Under the pieces are notes generated by a model. The model was not told where the DNA came from and did no database searches. It saw only the letters and a list, made by a program, of their open reading frames with translations. The position numbers were made by a program, and so were the translations under genes. Shown here piece after piece: positions 46,230 through 54,735 of a stretch of DNA of 64,000 nt. The stretch is taken from the NCBI GenBank assembly GCA_937991435.1, contig CALKPY010000028.1:15924-79923 (forward strand), written 5' to 3'. Source of the stretch: an uncultured Acidimicrobiales bacterium. Its GTDB lineage: Bacteria; Actinomycetota; Acidimicrobiia; Acidimicrobiales; UBA10347. The first letter of the stretch is position 1. Each line of letters starts with the position of its first letter.

Positions 46230-47450
46230 TCAGTCCAGTTTCGAGCCGAACAGTCGGGGCGCTGCTCTGACTGAAGTCTCGCCAATCGCCCCCAGAAGCC
46301 ACGCTCCGCCGATAGCCATCAGAATCGCCAGAGCGACCGATGCCGCTCCAAGCCCGAGCTGAGCACCGACGAGGCCAACGACTAGCGGTCCGGCGATCGC
46401 GCCCACATCTTCGAAGATGGCCAGACCCGCAAGGAACGGTCCTGGAGCATCATCTGGCGAGAGATCGCTGCCGTAGGTCATCAAGCCACCTGAACTCAAC
46501 CCGTTTCCCACGCCCATCATCGCGCCCGCTGCGACAACAGCGCTAGTAGATGCTGCCGTCCCCAGCCAAACGAGGCCGACCGACATGAGCGTGAACGACG
46601 GGATGAGTGCCCACAGTCTTCCGAATCGATCCATCACATACCCAGCGACGGGAAACAACGCCAGATCTGCCATCGTGCTCACGGTCACGATGGCGCCAAT
46701 ACCTGCAGGGCTCACCCCCAATTCGTCAGCGATCAGCGGAAGCACGACATAGCGCCCACGACGGGCTGCCGCCACATGCAGCGGAACCCAACCAGCGATG
46801 AGAAGACGCCGCCAATGAGTTCGCAGGCCAACGACCATGCCCCCGACCAGTCGCCGGGTCGATGATTGGTCGAGTAGAGGCAGACCGACGTCTCGCGAGA
46901 CAAGCGCCTGCGCAAGTCCGAGCCCCGCCGTTAGCGCCGCGACGATAAAGGTCGCCTTGTATCCGAATCGATCGAGTACGACACCGCCGACGACAGGGCC
47001 GAGCAACAAGGCGACCCGATTGGAACCTCCGATGTATGACATCGCCCTGCCCCGTTGATCGACGGGGACTCGGCGAGTGACATATGTCTGACGAGACAAA
47101 CGCAACGCGACGTGTGCTCCGCCAAAGAGCACCCGAAGCCCAACGAGCAGCCCGACGGAGTCAGTGAAACCCAGCGGAAGCCCAACCAATGCCATGACGC
47201 CAAAGGCAACCAACAACGCGGTGTACTCGCCACGCTTGGCGATCAAGCTGCCAACCGGCAACCCCGCGATCGAAGCACCGATGCCGACCCCAGCAAGCAC
47301 GACTGACGCCGACTCGAGAGACAGCCCTGCGTCGGTCAGATACAGCGGCATCACCGGAATGAGCATCGAAGAGCCCAGCGTGCCGAACAGGATCGGGGCA
47401 TAGACGGCCGGCACCAAGCGACGCAGTGTTACCCCAGTGCGGGCGGCCAT
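46230..47450 (-). CDS. MFS transporter
   Basis: ORF 46230..47534 is trimmed to ATG 47450, 2 nt after the upstream stop (TGAtcATG). It has about 12 hydrophobic helices. Confidence 0.8.
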   Translation of the reverse strand: MAARTGVTLRRLVPAVYAPILFGTLGSSMLIPVMPLYLTDAGLSLESASVVLAGVGIGASIAGLPVGSLIAKRGEYTALLVAFGVMALVGLPLGFTDSVGLLVGLRVLFGGAHVALRLSRQTYVTRRVPVDQRGRAMSYIGGSNRVALLLGPVVGGVVLDRFGYKATFIVAALTAGLGLAQALVSRDVGLPLLDQSSTRRLVGGMVVGLRTHWRRLLIAGWVPLHVAAARRGRYVVLPLIADELGVSPAGIGAIVTVSTMADLALFPVAGYVMDRFGRLWALIPSFTLMSVGLVWLGTAASTSAVVAAGAMMGVGNGLSSGGLMTYGSDLSPDDAPGPFLAGLAIFEDVGAIAGPLVVGLVGAQLGLGAASVALAILMAIGGAWLLGAIGETSVRAAPRLFGSKLD

Positions 47451-47452
47451 GA

Positions 47453-48613
47453 TCAGCGTGGACCCAGATAGCGGGCGATCGTGCGAAATCGCAGGGCCGT
47501 TTCGCCGTATTCCTCGAGTGCATGGGCGATCCACCCCACCGTTCTCGCAACGGCAAAGATTGATTCGCCGGCGTCGGCATCCATTCCAGAGAGCCAGGTC
47601 ATGGCCCCGAGAGCGAGGTCAACATTGGGCAACATGCCATGCCGATCACCGGCGACATCGCGCAGGCGATGTATGTGGGCCAAACGCGGGTCGTCGGCCC
47701 ATGCGTGCATAACCTGAGCCATCAAGGCCCCGTAGCGTGGGTCCTGCCTGCTGTAAACGGTGTGCCCAAACCCAGGAACCCTGCCGATACGCCGGACAAC
47801 ATCCCCGACGGCCGCAGCAATATCTCCGCGACTTTTGGCGTCGGCGATCAGCTCATGTACGGCTGCGCTTGCGGCTCCGTGTAGCAGCCCACCGACGGCG
47901 CCCATGCCCGTGGACACGACCGAATAAGGGTCAGCGCGTACCGAAGCTGCGACCCGCGCCGCGAACGTGGAGCTAGCAAGACCATGATCAGCGAGTAGGG
48001 CGAGCGCAAGGTCGAGCGTTGCCCGTTCCTCGATTGATCCCCGTCTCGGTGTCAGCCTTCGCCACAACATTTCAACGAGATCCGTTGAGCGGCCCTTTTG
48101 CTTTGGCGGCAGGCCACTCGCCATCGTCGTGATCATGCGGCGACCACAGGCTCGCACGGTTCGCTCCGAAAGATCATGACGCAGCGGGTCAGTATGCGAT
48201 GCCTGGGCAACGAGAGATCGCAGCCCGTCGAGTCCTGACATCGTCGTCGTCAATTCCGGTTCCACAGCAGGCCAAGTCTCGCCATCGCCGCCCTGCCAGA
48301 TGAGATCTGCAACCTCGACAAATGACGTTCCCTTGCGAACCAATTCGACAAGGTCCTGGCCGCGCACCAAAAGTTGATCATCATCGACTCGAGTGATCGA
48401 GGTCGCAATCAGTGTGCGAAGCTCACCGTCTTCGCGATCGGCTCCTCTCATGCGGAACTGTTCGACCTCGTGCGGATCGAACATGCTGGACCGACCGTCG
48501 AGGGCGACCGTGCGATGCAGTAGGCCGCGGCTCACGTAGGCGTACAACGTCTGACGCTTGACGCCTAGGCGGGCAGCCGCCTGGGCGGCCGTCATCAACT
48601 CGCTACTAGTCAC
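47453..48613 (-). CDS. Fusion of an excisionase/MerR-type HTH with a citrate-synthase-like domain (putative metabolite-sensing regulator)
   Basis: The N-terminal HTH is MTAAQAAARLGVKRQTLYAYVSRGLLHR. The rest aligns by eye with citrate synthases (LHGAASAAV, GFGHTVYSRQDPR, PNVDLALG, ARTVGWIAHALEE). The start is GTG. Confidence 0.8.
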   Translation of the reverse strand: MTSSELMTAAQAAARLGVKRQTLYAYVSRGLLHRTVALDGRSSMFDPHEVEQFRMRGADREDGELRTLIATSITRVDDDQLLVRGQDLVELVRKGTSFVEVADLIWQGGDGETWPAVEPELTTTMSGLDGLRSLVAQASHTDPLRHDLSERTVRACGRRMITTMASGLPPKQKGRSTDLVEMLWRRLTPRRGSIEERATLDLALALLADHGLASSTFAARVAASVRADPYSVVSTGMGAVGGLLHGAASAAVHELIADAKSRGDIAAAVGDVVRRIGRVPGFGHTVYSRQDPRYGALMAQVMHAWADDPRLAHIHRLRDVAGDRHGMLPNVDLALGAMTWLSGMDADAGESIFAVARTVGWIAHALEEYGETALRFRTIARYLGPR

Positions 48614-48670
48614 GATGTGTATTCATTTCTCACGCCTCGTCAGGGTAGATAGACCACCGAGTGCCCGGAG

Positions 48671-48710
48671 GTTGATTGCGTCAACGTTGACTTGATCAAT
48701 GTTGTCAACA
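48671..48710. promoter_or_regulatory. Array of GTTGA/TCAAC half-sites with 15-bp phasing (candidate operator)
   Basis: The array reads GTTGATTGCGTCAAC, GTTGACTTGATCAAT and GTTGTCAACA starting at 48671, 48686 and 48701. It includes the perfect palindromes GTCAACGTTGAC (48680-48691) and TTGATCAA (48692-48699). It sits between the divergent HTH-CS-like and citrate synthase genes. Confidence 0.55.
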
Positions 48711-48736
48711 TAGCGATTTGAACGCAGAGTGGAGCC

Positions 48737-49852
48737 ATGGATGAACTCATTGCCCCACCCGGACTCAAAGGTCTCATTGTCGCCGACACGACGATCGGTA
48801 GCGTGCGAGGCGACGAGGGCTTCTTCCATTATCGCGACCATGACGCCGTCGAAATCGCACGCCACCAGACGTTCGAGGCTGCAGCCTCGCTGTTGATTGA
48901 TGGCACGCTTCCGAGCGCCGCAGAAGAAAGTTCGATGAGGGCCCAACTCGCCACAAACCGCATGTTGAGCGCCGAGCTCATTGACGCACTTCGAGCAATC
49001 GTCGCGGTGACGAACAACCCTCTCCCGGCTTTGCGGGCTGCAATCTCCCTTGTCGTCGATGACACGGCAACGATCGACCTCACACCCGAGGAACGACGCG
49101 AACGGGCAATTCGCGTCGTTGGGGCGACGCCAAGCGTGCTAGCCGCCATTTACCGAATTGCAGCCAACAAGCCCGTCCTCGATGCTGACCCGAGTCTGAG
49201 CCATGCTGCCGACTATGTGCGAATGGTGACTGGAACCGCCGCAAGTCCAACGCTCGCTCGAGCGGTTGAGACGTATCTGCTCCTTACCGCGGACCATGGC
49301 TTCAATGCTTCGACGTTCACTGCACGAGTCATCACGAGTACCGGCGCAGGGGTTGGCAGCGCCTTTGCCGGAGCAATCGGTGCACTATCTGGGCCGCTCC
49401 ACGGCGGCGCGCCGAGCCGCGTGCTCGACATGATCAATGCAATCGGAAGCCCCCAGAACACCGAAGATTGGGCTCGCGACGAACTCAAAGCAGGTCGCAA
49501 GCTCATGGGCTTTGGACACGCGGTGTACCGCGCCGATGATCCCCGCTCCCTGCTGCTGCGCGAAACGGCGGTTGGGCTCGGCGGAGAACTCGTCGACCAG
49601 GCAATCGAGATCGAACAACGCATGCTTGCGTTTCTCGCCGAATGGCGTCCCGAAGCAACCATCGTCACCAATGTCGAGTTCTACGCGGCCGTCGTAATGC
49701 ATTTAGCGGGAATCTCCCAAGACATGTTCACGCCAACATTTACGACGAGCCGAGTCGTCGGCTGGGCCGCCCACGTACTCGAGCAAGCGGCGAATAACAA
49801 GATAATGCGACCCAAGGCCCGGTACGTCGGCCCTGCCGTGAAGGTTCCCTGA
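48737..49852 (+). CDS. Citrate synthase family enzyme (citrate or 2-methylcitrate synthase type)
   Basis: The 371-aa protein has motifs LHGGAPSRV, GFGHAVYRADDPR and SRVVGWAAHVLEQ. The usual NVDFY motif reads NVEFY here. Confidence 0.85.
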   Translation: MDELIAPPGLKGLIVADTTIGSVRGDEGFFHYRDHDAVEIARHQTFEAAASLLIDGTLPSAAEESSMRAQLATNRMLSAELIDALRAIVAVTNNPLPALRAAISLVVDDTATIDLTPEERRERAIRVVGATPSVLAAIYRIAANKPVLDADPSLSHAADYVRMVTGTAASPTLARAVETYLLLTADHGFNASTFTARVITSTGAGVGSAFAGAIGALSGPLHGGAPSRVLDMINAIGSPQNTEDWARDELKAGRKLMGFGHAVYRADDPRSLLLRETAVGLGGELVDQAIEIEQRMLAFLAEWRPEATIVTNVEFYAAVVMHLAGISQDMFTPTFTTSRVVGWAAHVLEQAANNKIMRPKARYVGPAVKVP

Positions 49853-49891
49853 CACACGGGTCACTCACGATTCAGCGCCGCCAGCCTCGGG

Positions 49892-50668
49892 CTACGAGCG
49901 GCGCCATCCGCCCTCGGAGTTGATGACCTGGCCGCTGATCCAATCGCCTTCGCCGCTGACGAGCCAGGCGACGATACGGGCGCTGTCGGTCGGCTGACCC
50001 CAACGGCCCTGCGGAAATGCGCTCCTCACATCTTCATAGTCCTGCCCGGTGGCCCAACCCGTATCAACAGGGCCCGGGTTGATCGTGTTGACCGTGATGC
50101 CCTTGTCGGCCACAGCGTTGGCCAACGAGGCTGTCATCTGGTGGATCGCCCCCTTTGAGACGGCATAGGCGATCTCTCCATCCATCGGTCCCAGATGTTG
50201 ACCGCTTGTAAACAGCACGAGACGACCGCCCGGGCGCTGTCCGTCATGGTGGCGGTCAAGCGCTTGTGCGAGTAGCACGCTCGCACGGGCGTTTACCGCC
50301 CAACAAGCGTCGAGCTCCTCAGCAGTCACCGTTGCGAGGCCGTTCGACGACGATTGGGCGTGGGCTGCTACGACGATGTCAACGGGACCAAATTCGTGGG
50401 CTGCGTCGTCGAGCAGTGTTGCAGGGGTTGTGGCGTCCGCGAGATCTGCGGGCTCCCAGCGGTAGCGCTCCGCGGGCAGGTCGCCGTCGTCTCGGGGCGT
50501 GCTTCCCCACGGCATCTGCTCATCGTGGCTCGGCCATCCGGTCGCGAACACCGAGGCTCCATCATCGACCAATCGCCGAGCAACCGCCATGGCGATACCG
50601 GCCGACCGCGACACCCCGGTGACGACAGCGACCTTGCCCTTCAGCGGAAGTGAACTCATGGCGCGCAC
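49892..50668 (-). CDS. Short-chain dehydrogenase/reductase
   Basis: The 258-aa protein has motifs VAVVTGVSRSAGIA and YAVSKGA (YxxxK). Confidence 0.82.
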   Translation of the reverse strand: MRAMSSLPLKGKVAVVTGVSRSAGIAMAVARRLVDDGASVFATGWPSHDEQMPWGSTPRDDGDLPAERYRWEPADLADATTPATLLDDAAHEFGPVDIVVAAHAQSSSNGLATVTAEELDACWAVNARASVLLAQALDRHHDGQRPGGRLVLFTSGQHLGPMDGEIAYAVSKGAIHQMTASLANAVADKGITVNTINPGPVDTGWATGQDYEDVRSAFPQGRWGQPTDSARIVAWLVSGEGDWISGQVINSEGGWRRS

Positions 50669-50727
50669 TCTATTCGAGAGACCGTGGCGGTGACGGTGTC
50701 ACATAAGTGTCGGTGGCAGGCAGATCT

Positions 50728-51480
50728 TCAACGACTGGCAATCACATGGATTTGAGAACCGAACCATCGGTACGGGTCCGTTCTCGATGCGAGGTCTTCG
50801 GCCCGCAGAATCAAATCGAGACGATCGCGAGATGGCGGAATCACGTCACCGTCGATTGCGTCGTTGAACACCCGCACGCCGTACCAGTTTCGCACCTCGA
50901 ATCCCGACGCTGCCAGGTGATCACGGATCTCGGCGAGCTCATGCGCCTGAGCCTGAATCCCGAGTTCGTTGTCGTAGACGGCGCTGGAAAATGCATCAAT
51001 AGCGCGCTGCCATTCGCCTCGCAACGCAGGCCGCATCGCTAGTCCATGCGCATTCTTGAATGTGATCGACAGCATTCCGCCCGGCGCAACACGATCCGCG
51101 AGGCTGGCTATCGGCTCAGCAACATCATCGAGATACATCAACAAGCCGTGGGCACACACAGCATCAAACGATCGTCCCGACAGGAGCGCCGGAACCTCGC
51201 TGATGGAGCCATCCATCAGCTCCGGGAGCAGATGCAGTTCCGAGGCGTGAGACGCGAATCGATTCCGTAGATCTTCCGAAGGCTCGATGCCGACAACAGA
51301 GCAACCGCGCCCCAAGAGTCGCAGGCCTTGCGTACCTTGCCCGCAGCCAACGTCGAGTACCGACACCCCGTCTGGTATGTGGGCATCGAGCTGGCTCCCG
51401 ATGAGTTCTTGCCGAATCACGTTGCGCAGATTGCCCAGCTTGGCAATCCACTGCGCTTCGCCCATATCGAAACTTCCCAT
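50728..51480 (-). CDS. Class I SAM-dependent methyltransferase
   Basis: Motif I is VLDVGCGQGTQG. The protein is 250 aa. Confidence 0.8.
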   Translation of the reverse strand: MGSFDMGEAQWIAKLGNLRNVIRQELIGSQLDAHIPDGVSVLDVGCGQGTQGLRLLGRGCSVVGIEPSEDLRNRFASHASELHLLPELMDGSISEVPALLSGRSFDAVCAHGLLMYLDDVAEPIASLADRVAPGGMLSITFKNAHGLAMRPALRGEWQRAIDAFSSAVYDNELGIQAQAHELAEIRDHLAASGFEVRNWYGVRVFNDAIDGDVIPPSRDRLDLILRAEDLASRTDPYRWFGSQIHVIASR

Positions 51481-51539
51481 AGCGACAACATCGCACAGAC
51501 CGGCTGACAGTGCTGCCCTGGGTGCAACTGAGATTTCAC

Positions 51540-51567
51540 TTGCATTGCGACTTGTTCTAGTTATAAT
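51540..51567 (+). promoter_or_regulatory. Near-consensus sigma-70-type promoter for a leaderless GntR mRNA
   Basis: The -35 box is TTGCAT (51540-51545). A 16-nt spacer precedes the -10 box TATAAT (51562-51567). ATG 51574 lies 6 nt after the -10 box, with no room for a Shine-Dalgarno sequence. Confidence 0.55.
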
Positions 51568-51573
51568 AAAACA

Positions 51574-51921
51574 ATGCTACTGCGAGTCGACCCCAGTTCG
51601 GGGCAACCGTTACACGAACAGCTCGCCGGGCAATTGCGTGCGGCAATTGCTGCGGGCGACCCCGGGCCTGGCGACCGACTGCCACCAGCGCGAGAGCTCG
51701 CTCGCACCCTCGACGTCAACGTCCACACCCTGTTACGCGCGTATCAGGCATTGCGAAACGAAGGCCTGCTCGAAGTACGGCGAGGGCGCGGCACGCTCGT
51801 GACCGCGACCGCGATTGAACGGGTAGACCTCGTTTCCAAAGTGCGAGAAATGGTGGCCGTAGCAAGAAAGAACGGACTAAGCGACAGCGACATACGTTCG
51901 CTACTGGAGGCACAACTGTGA
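51574..51921 (+). CDS. GntR-family regulator, short YtrA-like type
   Basis: The 115-aa protein is a winged HTH (LPPARELARTLDVNVHTLLRAYQALRNEGLLEVRRGRGTLV) with only a short C-terminal helix region. Confidence 0.85.
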   Translation: MLLRVDPSSGQPLHEQLAGQLRAAIAAGDPGPGDRLPPARELARTLDVNVHTLLRAYQALRNEGLLEVRRGRGTLVTATAIERVDLVSKVREMVAVARKNGLSDSDIRSLLEAQL

Positions 51922-52892
51922 AAAACCAAACTGCAAAGTTCCTACTCGGCATTGCGATGCCCGCTGCTCTAGCAACGCTCGCTTTCTTACCTTGGGCCCT
52001 GTGGGCAAGTGAGCTTCCTGACCCACTCGCCAGCCACTATTCGGGATTGAGCGGACCGCCCGATGGCTCCATGTCGGTCGTTGGGTTCGGTCTCATCTTC
52101 GGGCTCATTCTCGTTGCGTTTCTGACTGCGATGGCTTCGCTAGCGCGAGGCCACCTATCGCCACAGGGGGCGCTCGTTACTGGTGCAGTCGTTGGACTCA
52201 TGGCTGGACTCGCCGCAGCCGTGCTGGCGGAAACAGCCTGGACCCAGCGGGGACTCGACTCGTGGGAACAGGCCACGACATCGGGCTGGCATGTCGCATG
52301 GGTTCTTGGGGTTGCCCTTGCCGCCGCCGCGATCGGCGCCTGGTGCGCTGGGGCCCTGAGCACCCGCGAAAAGGCGATCATCGGCGACGCCGAGGCTCCT
52401 GTCCTGAACCTGAGTAAAAATGAGGTAGCGGCATGGAGCGGCGGTATGTCGAATGGGCTTCTCCTTGCCCTGGCTGCAGCACTAATTGTCATCGGCGGGA
52501 TCGTGGCGGTAGCCACAAACCCAGTGAGCGGGCTCGTGATGGCCGCCGCCGGATTGATTGCGGTCTCGCTGTCGTCTATCCGAGTTCACGCCGGGCCAGC
52601 AGGGTTGACCGTGAACTACGGACTACTGCCGTGGCCACGCACCCAGATCACTATCGATCGCATCGAAACGGCTTCGGCTATCGACGTCAGGCCAATGGAG
52701 TGGGGTGGCTGGGGCTATCGCGGCAGCGTGAAGCTGATGAAGCAAGCAGCAGTCGTCGTGCGGGGCGGACCGGGAGTTCGACTCGATCTCAACGGCAACA
52801 AAACCTTCGTCGTGACTGTTCCCGAGGCCGAGCTACCCGCCAGCGTCATCAACGGTTACCTGCTACGCGATAGTCACGTTGCGACTAGCTGA
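51918..52892 (+). CDS. Membrane protein with a DUF1648-like N-terminus and a PH-like C-terminal domain (tentative)
   Basis: The start overlaps the GntR stop as GTGA. The N-terminal pattern LPDPLASHYSGLSGPPDG resembles DUF1648. Several TM helices follow. The soluble C-terminus reads ...MEWGGWGYRGS...VVVRGGPGVRLDLNGNKTFVVTV. Confidence 0.6.
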   Translation: MKNQTAKFLLGIAMPAALATLAFLPWALWASELPDPLASHYSGLSGPPDGSMSVVGFGLIFGLILVAFLTAMASLARGHLSPQGALVTGAVVGLMAGLAAAVLAETAWTQRGLDSWEQATTSGWHVAWVLGVALAAAAIGAWCAGALSTREKAIIGDAEAPVLNLSKNEVAAWSGGMSNGLLLALAAALIVIGGIVAVATNPVSGLVMAAAGLIAVSLSSIRVHAGPAGLTVNYGLLPWPRTQITIDRIETASAIDVRPMEWGGWGYRGSVKLMKQAAVVVRGGPGVRLDLNGNKTFVVTVPEAELPASVINGYLLRDSHVATS

Positions 52893-52966
52893 AGACCGAG
52901 GGCCTGTAAGCAGTCGATACTTGAGCCGCTGATGGCCGGCAGGCGCACGAGAAGAATCTGACATGG

Positions 52967-54151
52967 TCACGGTGTAGCAGCATCGAGGGCACGATCGAGA
53001 TCGCGCCACAGATCTTCGATGTCTTCGAGACCGATCGACAGGCGTATCAACCCGTCGCCGATCCCAACGGCGGACCGAGCCTTGGGATCTAGCCGGCGAT
53101 GCGTTGTCGTCGCCGGGTGGGTTACCAGGCTCTTGGTGTCGCCGAGATTGTTCGAGATGTCAAAGAGCTGCAGCGCGTCGAGCACAGCGAAGGCCGAAGC
53201 TTTGCCGCCTGCAAGGTCAAGAGTCAGCACCGAGCCGCCACGACTCATCTGGCGTCGAGCGACCTCGAACTGCGGATGCGAAGCCACTTCGGGGTGGCGA
53301 ACAGCGCCAACACGAGGGTCAGCTTCGAGTCGTGTGGCGAGCTCCAGCGCCGCATCTGCTGCAGCATGCACACGTAGCCGCAACGTCTCGAGCCCTTTTA
53401 CAAATACCCAGGCGTTGAACGGGCTCATGGCCGGGCCGGTGTGCCGGGTGAATTGCTGCAGCGGTCCGTCGACAAACTCGGCGCTACCCAAGACAACGCC
53501 ACCGAGGGTGCGCCCCTGACCGTCGATGTGCTTAGTGGCCGAGTAGACAACGATGTCGGCGCCCAGATCCAACGGCTTCTGCAGCACAGGACTGGCGAAT
53601 ACGTTGTCGACAATCACGACCGCACCCGCCGCATGCGCTACTTCGGCCACCGCGGCGATGTCGACAATCTCGAGTCCGGGGTTCGACGGCGTCTCGAGGA
53701 ACACGGCGTCAGCGGGTCGCGCCAATGCTGCTTGCCAGGCATCGAGCGACGTGCCGTCAACGAGTTCCGTCTCAACGCCGAAGCGAGGCAGGATCTCGGT
53801 CAAAATGACATGACAGCTTCCGAACAATGCCCTTGAAGCCACGACACGCCCGCCGGCGCTCACCGAAGACATCAGCGCAGCGAAGACAGCAGCCATTCCG
53901 CTCGCGGTCGCCCGGCATGCTTGTGCCCCTTCGAGCAGCCGCATGCGCTCTTCGAACATCGCGACCGTCGGATTGCCATATCGGCTGTAGATATATCGTT
54001 CCGTTTCGCCCGCAAACGCCGCTTCTGCTTCGGCAGCAGTTCCGTACACATAGCCAGACGTGAGATAGAGAGCTTCGGACGTCTCATCAAAACCTGAGCG
54101 TTGCAATCCACCCCGAATCAGATTCGTTGCCTCGGCCAAGGGTTCGCTCAC
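52967..54151 (-). CDS. metZ: O-succinylhomoserine (or O-acetylhomoserine) sulfhydrylase
   Basis: The 394-aa protein has the PLP-lysine motif YSATKHIDGQGR. The N-terminal pattern RGGLQRSGFDETSEALYLTSGYVY...YSRYGNPTV is typical of MetZ. Confidence 0.85.
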   Translation of the reverse strand: MSEPLAEATNLIRGGLQRSGFDETSEALYLTSGYVYGTAAEAEAAFAGETERYIYSRYGNPTVAMFEERMRLLEGAQACRATASGMAAVFAALMSSVSAGGRVVASRALFGSCHVILTEILPRFGVETELVDGTSLDAWQAALARPADAVFLETPSNPGLEIVDIAAVAEVAHAAGAVVIVDNVFASPVLQKPLDLGADIVVYSATKHIDGQGRTLGGVVLGSAEFVDGPLQQFTRHTGPAMSPFNAWVFVKGLETLRLRVHAAADAALELATRLEADPRVGAVRHPEVASHPQFEVARRQMSRGGSVLTLDLAGGKASAFAVLDALQLFDISNNLGDTKSLVTHPATTTHRRLDPKARSAVGIGDGLIRLSIGLEDIEDLWRDLDRALDAATP

Positions 54152-54735
54152 GACGCGTCATCTTCGGAAGCTGCCGCCACAATCGTGGCTGCTCTCGGCG
54201 AGAGCGCAACAAGCGAAGATGCTTCGACAGCGGCATTGCTCATCTTGGCCAGCGTCTTGCGCACAATCCCGACAAGGTGATCCGGCTCGGTTCTGTCGAT
54301 CATCGGCTCGAACTGGGTTTCGAGAAATACCAGACACGCGACGTCTTCGATGAGCTGAACTTCTGTGTCGGTTCCCAACCCTTGCCGCAACAAAAGCTGA
54401 CTGACACGATGAGCGTCAATCAGCGGAGCATGCTCGCGGACGAGCTGAGCAGCTCGTTCCGCCTGATGGGCCTTGTTGTCACGCCGCCACCGCAGGTACC
54501 CAGCTCGCCCATCGGGGTACGAGCTGCGGGTAAGCACCCAGCGTTCGAGATGATGGGCTCGCGCTGCGACATGCACCTCCGCCGATGCGGCCGGTTCCAG
54601 TTCATCAACCCACAGGGTTGCGCGCTCCCCCTGGACCTGTGCAAGCGGACGGCCGTCGAGCAGGTTGGGGTCGGCGCTGTTTGCTGCATCAATGGCCGCC
54701 ACCACCAACTCGACTGCCGGAATCAGGTGGCGCAC
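54148..54735 (-). CDS. DUF4202-family protein
   Basis: The 195-aa protein has a GTG start. Motifs are AIDAANSADPN, AARAHHLERW, SYPDGRAGYLRWRRDNKAHQAE and DVACLVFLETQ. It overlaps the upstream stop by 13 nt and the metZ start by 4 nt. Confidence 0.7.
   Translation of the reverse strand: MRHLIPAVELVVAAIDAANSADPNLLDGRPLAQVQGERATLWVDELEPAASAEVHVAARAHHLERWVLTRSSYPDGRAGYLRWRRDNKAHQAERAAQLVREHAPLIDAHRVSQLLLRQGLGTDTEVQLIEDVACLVFLETQFEPMIDRTEPDHLVGIVRKTLAKMSNAAVEASSLVALSPRAATIVAAASEDDAS

Noticed and set aside
48623-48946. 107-aa minus-strand ORF spanning the citrate synthase intergenic region
   Set aside because: It overlaps the 5-prime end of the citrate synthase gene and the palindrome array. It has no motif. 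The region is better explained as a divergent promoter/operator.
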